20,000 nt of DNA from an uncultured virus (IMG/VR IMGVR_UViG_3300022853_000024) (IMGVR_UViG_3300022853_000024), one strand, 5' to 3'. Counted from the first letter of the stretch, positions 7,988-16,042 are shown. Numbers and translations are program-made. Notes: generated from the sequence alone by a model not told the origin.

Positions 7988-8932
7988 TTAACTGCCAATT
8001 ATCGACTTTGCAGAAGTATCATCTTCTGTGCTAGTCTTGGCCTTTGGTGCCGCAACAGGTTTCGCTTTAGCGCCTGGTACATTAATGTTACCTGCGTTGT
8101 CTTCTTTTGGAGCAGGTGCTTTACCACCTGTTTCCTCACCGCCTTTAGCGATGTTAGAAGCCGTTCCGCCCATATCATTTTTGCCAGCAACTGGTGATTT
8201 AGAGTTATCTGAACCATCTGTATGCGTTACGCCTACTTTGTTCACATATTCTCTAATTTCTTCACTTGCTGTTTTTGGCACTGCTGTTTCTACTGCTGGT
8301 TGTTCACCAAGTTCAGGAGCAACTGCGATTGCAGTTTCACCTTCTGCTGATTGATCTACAAAGGCTTCGTCTTCTTTTTCTTCGCCGTTGTCTTCTGCGT
8401 CGTCGCCTTCTGCGTCGTCGCTTTTGTCCTCATCGCCCATCATTTTTTCAAATTCGGCTTTAAGGTCATCAATAGCATCTTCTAGGTCAACTACTCTGTC
8501 TTCGATTTCTTCTTCACCTTTTTCAGAGTCGTCGCCGTTATCTTCATCACCTGTAGGTGCTGGCATTCCGATGTCAGCAACCATATCGTCTGTTGCGTCT
8601 CCACCGTGTGCTTCTACTGGTGCAATTTCTGTGTTTTCGATATCTAATAAAGATTCGTCTGTTGTTTCTTCATCTTTTGATGCTTCATCAACTGCATCAT
8701 CTTCTTTAGACTCATCTTTTGATGCTTCGTCAACTGCGTCGTCATCTTTTTTAGATTCGTCTTCTTTTGAAGTTTCTTCTACTTCGATATCTTTGATATC
8801 ATTTTCTAAAAGACCTTCATAGATTGATCTTGATTTTTCCACAACGATATCATGGAAAATTTCTTCTGCCGCTGTTCTATCGTCAGCGACTAATTTTTCA
8901 AGCATTTGCTCGAATTTACTTTTATCTGACAT
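7988..8932 (-). CDS. Highly acidic prohead core/internal protein, 314 aa
   Basis: Asp/Glu-rich low-complexity protein immediately upstream of the protease, positionally like T4 gp67/gp68; AGGAGAAAACAATG RBS. Confidence 0.65.
   Translation of the reverse strand: MSDKSKFEQMLEKLVADDRTAAEEIFHDIVVEKSRSIYEGLLENDIKDIEVEETSKEDESKKDDDAVDEASKDESKEDDAVDEASKDEETTDESLLDIENTEIAPVEAHGGDATDDMVADIGMPAPTGDEDNGDDSEKGEEEIEDRVVDLEDAIDDLKAEFEKMMGDEDKSDDAEGDDAEDNGEEKEDEAFVDQSAEGETAIAVAPELGEQPAVETAVPKTASEEIREYVNKVGVTHTDGSDNSKSPVAGKNDMGGTASNIAKGGEETGGKAPAPKEDNAGNINVPGAKAKPVAAPKAKTSTEDDTSAKSIIGS
8670..8756. repeat. Tandem 42/45-nt imperfect repeat in the acidic core gene
   Basis: tcatcttttgatgcttc(a/g)tcaactgc(a/g)tc... 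starts at 8670 and 8712; encodes DDAVDEASKDE twice. Confidence 0.85.
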
Positions 8933-8996
8933 TGTTTTCTCCTATTAACTGTTAATGGTAACCATAAACATTGTCTATGGTAAGACTGTCATGTAT

Positions 8997-9003
8997 TATT
9001 TAA
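8997..9003 (-). promoter_or_regulatory. T4-type late promoter (TTAAATA) for the core-protease-scaffold-capsid operon
   Basis: Minus strand TGTTAAATAATAC in the intergenic gap, ~65 nt before ATG 8932. Confidence 0.55.
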
Positions 9004-9061
9004 CAAATAGGTATAAAAACGGGTAGATAATGGTCCGATATGGACTTGTTTGACGCAGATT

Positions 9062-9649
9062 CTACAAATGAAAGCGTCTTTTAAATTCTTGCACTGTGAT
9101 TTCACTATAATTTGTGAACTTCTTAAGGTCTTTGGCCTCAAACACACTAGTGCCTTCTGGTACTACTCGTATATATCTCTTTAGTGGATTTTTCTGTAGG
9201 ATAATGCTGGTTTGTCTGTTCCAATTGCCGTGGTATGTGGCAGTGTCTGCATTCTTTTTGTAGTTGGGTGTGTCGCCAAATATGTTGTTCAACTTGCCTT
9301 CACTGGTGCCTGTGAAGTCGAAACCCAATAAAAATATCAATGGATGCATGTTTTTAGATGCCAACCACAGTGCTGTGGGTCCAGATGACCATCCTAGACT
9401 GGGTTCAAAAAAGTTTAACCCTGGATACTTTTTATATGCTCTGTTTGGATTGGTCCACACAGGAATTTTCAACTGAGCACCTGCTGTGCAGATTTCATTG
9501 ATCATTTTGGCATCCACTGCCACTAGATAGTTAGGAGTATATGTTCTATAAACAGCATTGCAGGCATATACTTTGCCAAATTGTTGTAAGGGGTCTAAAG
9601 GAATTGGTTTACGACTGAGACCATTGCCTAATACAAAAGCAATAGACAT
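9062..9649 (-). CDS. Glycosyltransferase-like protein (DUF115/Maf/CstII-type nucleotide-binding fold), 195 aa
   Basis: AFVLGNGLSR, VYACNA, LVAVD, WSSGPTAL and IFLLGFD motifs in the order seen in sialyltransferase-like/DUF115 proteins. Confidence 0.55.
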   Translation of the reverse strand: MSIAFVLGNGLSRKPIPLDPLQQFGKVYACNAVYRTYTPNYLVAVDAKMINEICTAGAQLKIPVWTNPNRAYKKYPGLNFFEPSLGWSSGPTALWLASKNMHPLIFLLGFDFTGTSEGKLNNIFGDTPNYKKNADTATYHGNWNRQTSIILQKNPLKRYIRVVPEGTSVFEAKDLKKFTNYSEITVQEFKRRFHL

Positions 9650-9652
9650 TTA

Positions 9653-9886
9653 TTACATTTCCGGTTGGTTGGCGTACATCTGCCTCACAAATTCCAACTC
9701 TTTTTCTTGTTCTTCTTTGTGGAATTCTCCGGCTTTTCTTGCTTTGTTGATCTGTTTCAACGAAAGTCTAGTTTTACGTGTGTCACCCAATGACATCACA
9801 GACTGGTCTTCTGAAGCATCATACTGTTTCTGCTCTCCAGGCTCTGTTGTGATTTGATCGTAATAAAAAAGTTCACGTAATATCAT
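9653..9886 (-). CDS. Hypothetical head-module protein, 77 aa
   Basis: ORF right after the portal gene with its own TATAAATA promoter; basic core DTRKTRLSLKQINKARK. Confidence 0.7.
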   Translation of the reverse strand: MILRELFYYDQITTEPGEQKQYDASEDQSVMSLGDTRKTRLSLKQINKARKAGEFHKEEQEKELEFVRQMYANQPEM

Positions 9887-9891
9887 AAAAT

Positions 9892-9899
9892 TATTTATA
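9892..9899 (-). promoter_or_regulatory. Exact T4 late promoter consensus TATAAATA
   Basis: Plus strand tatttata at 9892-9899, between the portal stop and the next ATG. Confidence 0.75.
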
Positions 9900-9900
9900 C

Positions 9901-11619
9901 CTATGTGTTGGAAGTTGGTGTTCCGCCACCTGGTGCTCCTGCTGGCGATGGTGCTTCCTCTTCTCCTGGAGCAGTTGGATCTTCTGTTGGCTCTGCCGCA
10001 TCTAAATCTGCTTGTATACCTGCTGTGCTGACTCCTGCACTTCTTAATTCAGTTGCTGAAGTGGTTGGTTTACCTGACATAGTTTCATCATTTTCTTCTC
10101 TCCACATTCTTTCGTTTTCTGCCATCTCTTCTGGGGATAATCCTAAGAATCTTGACAGAGCATAACGTTTGCTTACAAACGGCACTGTTGCTATTTGTGA
10201 GTATGTGGAAATTCTGTTGTTGTCTACTTCTGCTTGTCTGTAAGAAGCAAAGTTCATTGGCGGCTGAAACTTGATATCAAACATTGCTATATCAATATTC
10301 ACACCTTTTTCTAATAGATACCGTTTAAACTCTTGATTGAATTCGTCTGATACTAAATTTTGTAGTCTTTCACAGTATTTGTTAAATCTTAATTCTTGAA
10401 TGTATGCTGTTCCCACTCTACCATCGTTGAAACTGCTTTGAGAATCATCTGCACCTGTTGGCAAATATGAACTGGGAATTCTTAAACCTCTTAACAATTT
10501 GTTTGTGAAGTACTTCAAGTCATCAATTTCTCCTAGGTTTGTACCACCCGGTAATGTTTCTACTTTAGATCCTCTTCCTTCTGCTGTTTGCGGAAAGAAA
10601 TAGTCTTCATTAATCGATAGTGGATTGTATGCAGAGTCCACAACATTTGCTCCACCACCTGTGGATGAAGGAATACGTCTTTGATGGATTTCAGTCTTAA
10701 CTCGTTCCACAAATTGCATTGCCAAATGACTTGGCATATTACCTACATCGATGTAAAACACTCTTCTTTCAGGTGCTCTTTGTACTCTGTAGATTATGAT
10801 TGCGTCTTCTAATAATTCTTTTTGTTTGTAAACTTTAAAAATACTCTCCAACAGTGAATTACCAAATGGATAGTTGTTGTCCAGTCCTTCTGATAAACTT
10901 AAATGCACAACGTGTTCTGCATCAACAGAAATTTCTCTTTGTCCTGTGCCAAATCTTGTTCCTGGAGAGTCTTGATTCACACTTCCGCCAGTTGCTCCTC
11001 TTACTCCGCCAGTCAAATATCCTGAGCCGCCACCTGTTACATTGCCTGTTGTCTGATGAGGTGTTGTTGCCACAAGATTTTTAAAATTAAAGTTAATATC
11101 TTTTATAACATATTGCTCAGGAATTTTACCTGTGCTTTCGTTTACAATTATTTTAGTTACTTTTGATGGATCAACATGAAACATTTTCTTTGTTTCTGGA
11201 TCTCTAATAAAAAATGCATCACCATACTTGAACACATTACGCAGGATCTTAAACACACGTTTAGAAAAATCGTTCATTTTGCACCATTGGTGCAGATATT
11301 GTTCTATGATTTGTATTTCTGTGTTGGTTGCTTTCTGATTGTATTCAAATTTAAAAGGTGTGTTGTTTTGTGTGTTGTTTTGTGTGCAAAATTCTGCTAG
11401 GATATCCAATGCGGCATTCACTTCTGAATCCATATCCATCACATTGTATTGTCCGTAACGTTCAACTCTGTTAGGTGCACCGCTGTAAACATCTGGAAGA
11501 AATGATGAGTAATTTGTTTTGGCTGGTCCAGCCGTTCCACCTTTTCCACCCAATGGTGAATTCATTCCGCTTGTACCATTACCGAGTGGCACTTCTGTAA
11601 AATATTTTTTCCAACTCAT
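9901..11619 (-). CDS. gp20: Portal vertex protein (gp20-like), 572 aa
   Basis: LLEDAIIIYRVQRAPERRVFYIDVGNMP, EDYFFP, GRGSKVETLPGGTNLGEIDDLKYF, LRIPSSYL, ELRFNKY are hallmark gp20 motifs. Confidence 0.96.
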   Translation of the reverse strand: MSWKKYFTEVPLGNGTSGMNSPLGGKGGTAGPAKTNYSSFLPDVYSGAPNRVERYGQYNVMDMDSEVNAALDILAEFCTQNNTQNNTPFKFEYNQKATNTEIQIIEQYLHQWCKMNDFSKRVFKILRNVFKYGDAFFIRDPETKKMFHVDPSKVTKIIVNESTGKIPEQYVIKDINFNFKNLVATTPHQTTGNVTGGGSGYLTGGVRGATGGSVNQDSPGTRFGTGQREISVDAEHVVHLSLSEGLDNNYPFGNSLLESIFKVYKQKELLEDAIIIYRVQRAPERRVFYIDVGNMPSHLAMQFVERVKTEIHQRRIPSSTGGGANVVDSAYNPLSINEDYFFPQTAEGRGSKVETLPGGTNLGEIDDLKYFTNKLLRGLRIPSSYLPTGADDSQSSFNDGRVGTAYIQELRFNKYCERLQNLVSDEFNQEFKRYLLEKGVNIDIAMFDIKFQPPMNFASYRQAEVDNNRISTYSQIATVPFVSKRYALSRFLGLSPEEMAENERMWREENDETMSGKPTTSATELRSAGVSTAGIQADLDAAEPTEDPTAPGEEEAPSPAGAPGGGTPTSNT

Positions 11620-13769
11620 TATACTGTATCTGTCATTTCTGTTGTTGCTTGAGATGTTATTCTGCTGTAACGATTGTTATCACTCATTGCCATCAAAATT
11701 TGTTCCATAGTGTTATTTAACTGATCCAATTTATCTCCTGTTGTGGATGCGGATGCTGTTGTTGTTCCCATCATTCCACTTCTTAAACTTGTCATTGCCG
11801 TTCCTAAATTTTCTATACTGTTAGCATACATGTCTATTTTGCTTTTGTCAAGCTCATCTAGTGTTTTATTCAAGTTTTTGGCAAAGTTTTCTGATCCTCC
11901 ACCGAAAATCCTGCTCATAAAGCCACCAACAGTACCGACGGCACTGCCTGCTCCCATGGCAACCATTGCGCCTGACAGAGCCAAAGTGCCTTTGGCAACC
12001 TGTACTAAATTACCGCCATCCACTTCACCTACACTTTTTAATCCATCAGCAAACTTTGTTAATGCTCCGCCCATTAAGAAAGTTGCCGCGGCAACACCTG
12101 CTCCTATTGCCGTGATTGCCAATCCTAAATTCGCCGCACCTAGTAGAGTCGCTGGATTTGCCATTGCTGTCAAACCACTTGCTAATCCTTTTAATCCGCC
12201 ACCCATGCCGGCTAGTAAACCTCCACCGCCTGCACCAGTTTTTCCTAAAATAGATTTCGTTCCACCTCCCGGTCCGCCTCCTGTTAGATAACTTGAAACT
12301 CCTGTGACGGCTTTCTTGGCGGCAAATGCAGTCAATGCCGCCGCCGCTAGACCTACCGCAATGTATAGTCCTCCCATTGCCACTTTGCCAGTTGTTGACA
12401 ACTCATCGAACCAATCGTTAAATTTCGTTCCTAAATCATTTAATGTGGTTGCAATAAAAGATTTAGGACCAATTATGCTTGCCAAGCCACCTATAATAAT
12501 ATCAACTCCTTGTTGGAATGGAGTCAATAATTTTTGAAATTTTGAACGCAAGTTTTCACTGGCATTCTGAAATTGTTTTGCACCTTTAGTGCTTGCCGCT
12601 CTTGCTTCTTGTTCTGCTATGATGGCACTTGTACTTTGTCCTAAGAATTTTCTAAATTTTACAGAATCTGCCGCAACATTGAAAAATTCATTGCCCACAC
12701 CTAGTTGAGTAGCAATTAATTTTTTCTGACCTGCGTCCATGTTGGCAATGCTTTCACCGTTACGTGCCAGTGCTTGAATGAACTGATCACTTGCGCCAGG
12801 CACACCATCTCTCAATGCCGACACTGCTTCACGTACACCTTCCACAGCAAATATACCAACTTGTTCTCCACCTTCTGGAAATCCTTTTGCTAACAATCCT
12901 GTAACAGCACTCACCATTTCTGGTGCCGCCGCTTTGACCCTTACCATGGTTGCTTCTATTTCACTGTTTGAAATCAAACGCAACTCTCTAGCATCTGCCA
13001 CTGCTTGTAATTCATCTTTCACTTGATCTCTTTGCAATCCAGTCAATCTTGACAATTGGTCCAATCTCAATAGATATTCTTGCGAGCCTGCAACCAACTG
13101 TGAATTACTCATTGATTGAGATCTACCCAGAGTAGTCTGTAAGTCTAGATAATCAGCAAAGCCTTCTGTGATGTCTTCCATAGAAAATCCAAGACCTGCG
13201 ATTGTTTTTCTGAAATCACTCTGTAATAGTGATGTCATTATTGTGTTGAATCTTCTTGCACCTTCGTTTGCACTACCGCCAAAACCAGCAAGTGATGTGT
13301 TGGCACTCATTAATGCCTGGGCTAATCTTGTCATGTCTATTCCGGCGTCGCCTGCTATACGTCTGAAATCGCTGACTGTTTGTGTTGTGTTGGCTCCTAT
13401 CTCTGCCAAGTTTCTGAAAGTGTCAACGTTTTCAAATACTCTTGCCGCTAGGTCGGCTGTGAATTGTAAAAATACTTTGTTTAATCCTGTGGTGCTTTGT
13501 GATAGAACACCAAATCCACCAACCAATCCGTCTGCACCTTTGGTTAATGATTCAAAGCCGGCTCCTGCCGCACCTAAAACTTTTTTGAATACAACAACTG
13601 ATTTGCTGGTTTTCTTGGTTTCTTCTGTGAACTCACGTTGAGCACCACTGTTACTGCTACCGCCGCCAGACCCACCCAAAGCCTTCAGTATTTTTTTGGC
13701 AGTGTCTTCGCTGGCAATTCCCCCATTGCCATCTGTTTTTTCTAAAAGTTCTTCAATCGTCATTGCCAT
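11619..13769 (-). CDS. Tape-measure-like / tail length determinator protein, 716 aa
   Basis: Long Ala/Gly/Leu-rich helical protein with hydrophobic segments in the C-terminal half; adjacent to a hub/chaperone gene; stop overlaps portal start (TAATG). Confidence 0.65.
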   Translation of the reverse strand: MAMTIEELLEKTDGNGGIASEDTAKKILKALGGSGGGSSNSGAQREFTEETKKTSKSVVVFKKVLGAAGAGFESLTKGADGLVGGFGVLSQSTTGLNKVFLQFTADLAARVFENVDTFRNLAEIGANTTQTVSDFRRIAGDAGIDMTRLAQALMSANTSLAGFGGSANEGARRFNTIMTSLLQSDFRKTIAGLGFSMEDITEGFADYLDLQTTLGRSQSMSNSQLVAGSQEYLLRLDQLSRLTGLQRDQVKDELQAVADARELRLISNSEIEATMVRVKAAAPEMVSAVTGLLAKGFPEGGEQVGIFAVEGVREAVSALRDGVPGASDQFIQALARNGESIANMDAGQKKLIATQLGVGNEFFNVAADSVKFRKFLGQSTSAIIAEQEARAASTKGAKQFQNASENLRSKFQKLLTPFQQGVDIIIGGLASIIGPKSFIATTLNDLGTKFNDWFDELSTTGKVAMGGLYIAVGLAAAALTAFAAKKAVTGVSSYLTGGGPGGGTKSILGKTGAGGGGLLAGMGGGLKGLASGLTAMANPATLLGAANLGLAITAIGAGVAAATFLMGGALTKFADGLKSVGEVDGGNLVQVAKGTLALSGAMVAMGAGSAVGTVGGFMSRIFGGGSENFAKNLNKTLDELDKSKIDMYANSIENLGTAMTSLRSGMMGTTTASASTTGDKLDQLNNTMEQILMAMSDNNRYSRITSQATTEMTDTV

Positions 13770-13797
13770 TATGTAATACCAAAATCCTTGTTACTTG

Positions 13798-13845
13798 TAT
13801 TTAATGCCAATCATTAAGTACGCACTTATCTATCATTACTAAATA
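13798..13845. promoter_or_regulatory. Divergent late promoters: TTAAATA (minus, 13798-13804) and TAAATA (plus, 13840-13845)
   Basis: TAAATA cores on opposite strands in the AT-rich gap between the tape-measure-like and hub genes; a further minus-strand ATAAATAC lies at 13882-13889. Confidence 0.55.
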
Positions 13846-13899
13846 TGTGTATATTAAGAATAACATAATTTAAGTTTTTTAGTATTTATGGAGAACAAA

Positions 13900-14766
13900 A
13901 TGACAGATTCACAACCAGGACAGAATGTAAATCCTTTAAAGAAGTATTACAGACAGCCCAAGCAGTTTGTAAAATTGCCAAGTGGTTATAAATTCTATTC
14001 TGAAGGATCTATTCAAGTTCCTGAATCAGGAGAAGTTGCTGTGTATCCTATGACAGCCAAAGACGAACTGTTGTTAAAAACTCCAGACGCTTTGCTGAAT
14101 GGCGAAGCAACAGTATCAGTGATACAGAGTTGTATACCATCAATTAAGAATGCATGGGAAATGCCTTCGATAGATTGCGATGCGGCATTGATGACTATCA
14201 GAATGGCCACATACGGAACCAGCATGACTGTGGCAATCAAAGTGCCAGGCACATCAATTGAAAAAGACTTAGTATTAAATTTACAGGATAGTTTGTCTTC
14301 AATCTTGTCAGCACAATACAATGATACATTTTTTTACCAAAACATGGAAGTAAAAACAAAACCTTTAACCTACAAAGAGTTCACTCATAGTGCAATTCAA
14401 ACATTCGAACAGCAAAGAATTCAAAAGATTGTGGATGATACAGAAATGAATGATGAGGAAAAAATAGCACAGTTCCAAAAAACTTTTAAAAAATTAACCA
14501 ATTTAAGTATAGGCATGGTGGCTAACACAATAGCATCAATCACTGTGGATGGCGAGACTGTATCAGATATAAAACAAATCGCAGAGTTTTTGGATAATAC
14601 TGACAAACAATTTTTCAGTTCCATTATGGAGCATTTAGAAAAAAATAGAGAAGCATTTCAATTAAAACCTCAAAAAGCAACTTCCACAGAAGAAGAAATT
14701 AAGAACGGAGCACCTGCCGAATACACAATACCTATAGCATTTGATTCAGCAAATTTTTTCGTATAA
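13900..14766 (+). CDS. Baseplate hub subunit / tail assembly chaperone (gp26-like), ~288 aa
   Basis: NPLKKYYRQPK..VKLPS, VYPMTAKDELLL, SIDCDAALMTIRMATYG and C-terminal NFF resemble T4-like gp26-family proteins; ATG 13900 has a GGAG RBS (ATG 13888 does not). Confidence 0.7.
   Translation: MTDSQPGQNVNPLKKYYRQPKQFVKLPSGYKFYSEGSIQVPESGEVAVYPMTAKDELLLKTPDALLNGEATVSVIQSCIPSIKNAWEMPSIDCDAALMTIRMATYGTSMTVAIKVPGTSIEKDLVLNLQDSLSSILSAQYNDTFFYQNMEVKTKPLTYKEFTHSAIQTFEQQRIQKIVDDTEMNDEEKIAQFQKTFKKLTNLSIGMVANTIASITVDGETVSDIKQIAEFLDNTDKQFFSSIMEHLEKNREAFQLKPQKATSTEEEIKNGAPAEYTIPIAFDSANFFV
14751..14760 (+). other. Putative -1 programmed ribosomal frameshift site
   Basis: In-frame A AAT TTT TTC holds two overlapping X XXY YYZ heptamers just before the stop; the -1 frame is open to 14990. 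Confidence 0.7.
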
Positions 14767-14813
14767 AGATCGCAACACTGCCGAGTTCTGACATTATCAA
14801 ACTCACAACAGAT

Positions 14814-14990
14814 ATGGAAGGCGAAATCAAAAATTTCAAATCTGATCTATTCAAATTGGCATGGTTCATGCGTGGATCGATTACACTAGATGAAATGTAT
14901 GCCACCTGCCATGAAGATAGAGAAGTGATGGGCGGCGTGATCAAAGAAAACCTAGACACTGCCAAAAAAACAGGACAACCGTTCTTTTAA
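14814..14990 (+). CDS. gp51-like baseplate hub assembly segment (58 aa from ATG; probably the C-terminus of a frameshift fusion from 14760)
   Basis: Below the ORF-track cutoff. MEGEIKNFKSDLFKLAWFMRGSITLDEMYATCHEDREVMGGVIKENLDTAKKTGQPFF; no RBS before ATG; frame open back to 14745. Confidence 0.65.
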   Translation: MEGEIKNFKSDLFKLAWFMRGSITLDEMYATCHEDREVMGGVIKENLDTAKKTGQPFF

Positions 14991-15079
14991 CACATCACAC
15001 ACTATATAAAGTATAAAAAAATACACACACACGGTGTCTAAAACCAAATAGCACCATTTAATCAATGACACAGTCGTTC

Positions 15080-15085
15080 TAAATA
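15080..15085 (+). promoter_or_regulatory. Late promoter core TAAATA before the HemD-like gene
   Basis: CTAAATA then 8 nt then ATG 15094; no Shine-Dalgarno sequence. Confidence 0.5.
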
Positions 15086-15093
15086 ATTCACAT

Positions 15094-15663
15094 ATGCAAA
15101 TTTACACACAAATTGTGCGACCCCAAGAGCTGGATGAAGACGACCTCTGGATTCCCTGTCTTAAAACTGCCACCGTTGAACACTCTCCTGCAGATGCACA
15201 AGCACTGATCATCACCCACATCGAAGCCATCAATCATTATGCACACAGTCTGTCAGAACTGTTGGAACAAAAAGTGTATGCGGTGGGATCCAAGACTTAT
15301 AACCGCCTTGTGGCGGCGGGCTTCGCAGAAAATAATATTCATTGGCGACACACAGCCAACGATTTAAAACTGCGTTCCAAAAACACAGGCCCACTCACTT
15401 GGCTCCACGGAGACAAGTACGCCAGAGATTTTCGTGCCATACCAGAAGTTACTGCCATACAGACTTACGAATCGAAACCAGATCCTTCAGCCATCAAACA
15501 GATATTGAAATTGGAACCAGATGTTGTTCATGTGTATTCGGAATCAGTATTAAAAGAATTAGAGATTAGAAACTGGAGTCACACCAAGTTGAAACACGTT
15601 GCGTCAGCGGAACCAGATGTCAGTGTGTGGTTGGATTGTGAATCATTTGATCCTAATGTTTAA
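15094..15663 (+). CDS. hemD: Uroporphyrinogen-III synthase (HemD)-like protein, 189 aa
   Basis: HemD-like elements in order: WIPCLKT, ALIITHIEAI (cf. IFTSxNAV), VYAVGSKTYNRLVAAGF (cf. xAVGxxTAxxLxxxG), TANDL, LTWLHG, AIQTYES, VVHVYSESV. Shorter than cellular HemD. Confidence 0.6.
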   Translation: MQIYTQIVRPQELDEDDLWIPCLKTATVEHSPADAQALIITHIEAINHYAHSLSELLEQKVYAVGSKTYNRLVAAGFAENNIHWRHTANDLKLRSKNTGPLTWLHGDKYARDFRAIPEVTAIQTYESKPDPSAIKQILKLEPDVVHVYSESVLKELEIRNWSHTKLKHVASAEPDVSVWLDCESFDPNV

Positions 15664-16040
15664 GAACGACTCACGTCGTTCTGCTTTTCGCTTGTGCTCA
15701 AGCATTTAAGCAATTACATAACGAAGTTATGTTGTCATCATGCAGACAGTTGATCCATACTTCACCCAGTAACGGGAAAAGTATGTAGACATCATGCGAG
15801 ACTAGCCTGCCATTTTGTGAGAGGAACTTTTGTGCGGAAGCGGTAACCCGTCAACTCCCTATTCCAGACTTCATCAGTCACGGTCAACTGCGGCACCCTT
15901 CACAAACAAAGTGAGCAGTTGTGATGTTGTATCTTTTTCACAGAGCATCTTCTTTTATGCCTTTAGTAAGCACTTTCCTTGCAACTCAGGATTCACCATT
16001 ATGTTTCAAATGCATTTCCTGGATCTACGATCAGTTGTGT
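15663..16040 (-). ncRNA. Candidate large structured non-coding element (ncRNA or structured DNA) downstream of the GIY-YIG gene
   Basis: ~380 nt with no credible ORF, ~43% GC by hand count, and at least seven stems; terminal hairpin has a GNRA loop (GTGA) on the minus strand. Confidence 0.55.
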
Positions 16041-16042
16041 TG

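Noticed and set aside
8670..8756. CRISPR-like array
   Set aside because: Only two in-frame coding repeats with no spacers.
320..13641. Many plus-strand ORFs (e.g. 2939-3496, 8388-8822, 11743-12291, 13168-13641)
   Set aside because: Antisense shadows of real minus-strand genes, with no RBS or recognisable motifs.
14991..15045. CA-rich tract (cacacacac) as a functional repeat
   Set aside because: Short and low complexity, with no supporting structure.
15867..15879. Minus-strand CTGATGA as a hammerhead ribozyme core
   Set aside because: No stem II followed by GAAA; the motif sits in its own GACT/AGTC hairpin.
15663..16040. RNase P RNA, tmRNA, tRNA or group I intron identity for the structured element
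   Set aside because: AAGGAAAGTGC resembles the RNase P GAGGAAAGUCC start but I found no matching P4 partner; no tRNA-like ends or TTCGA arm; no interrupted gene or clear P7 elements.
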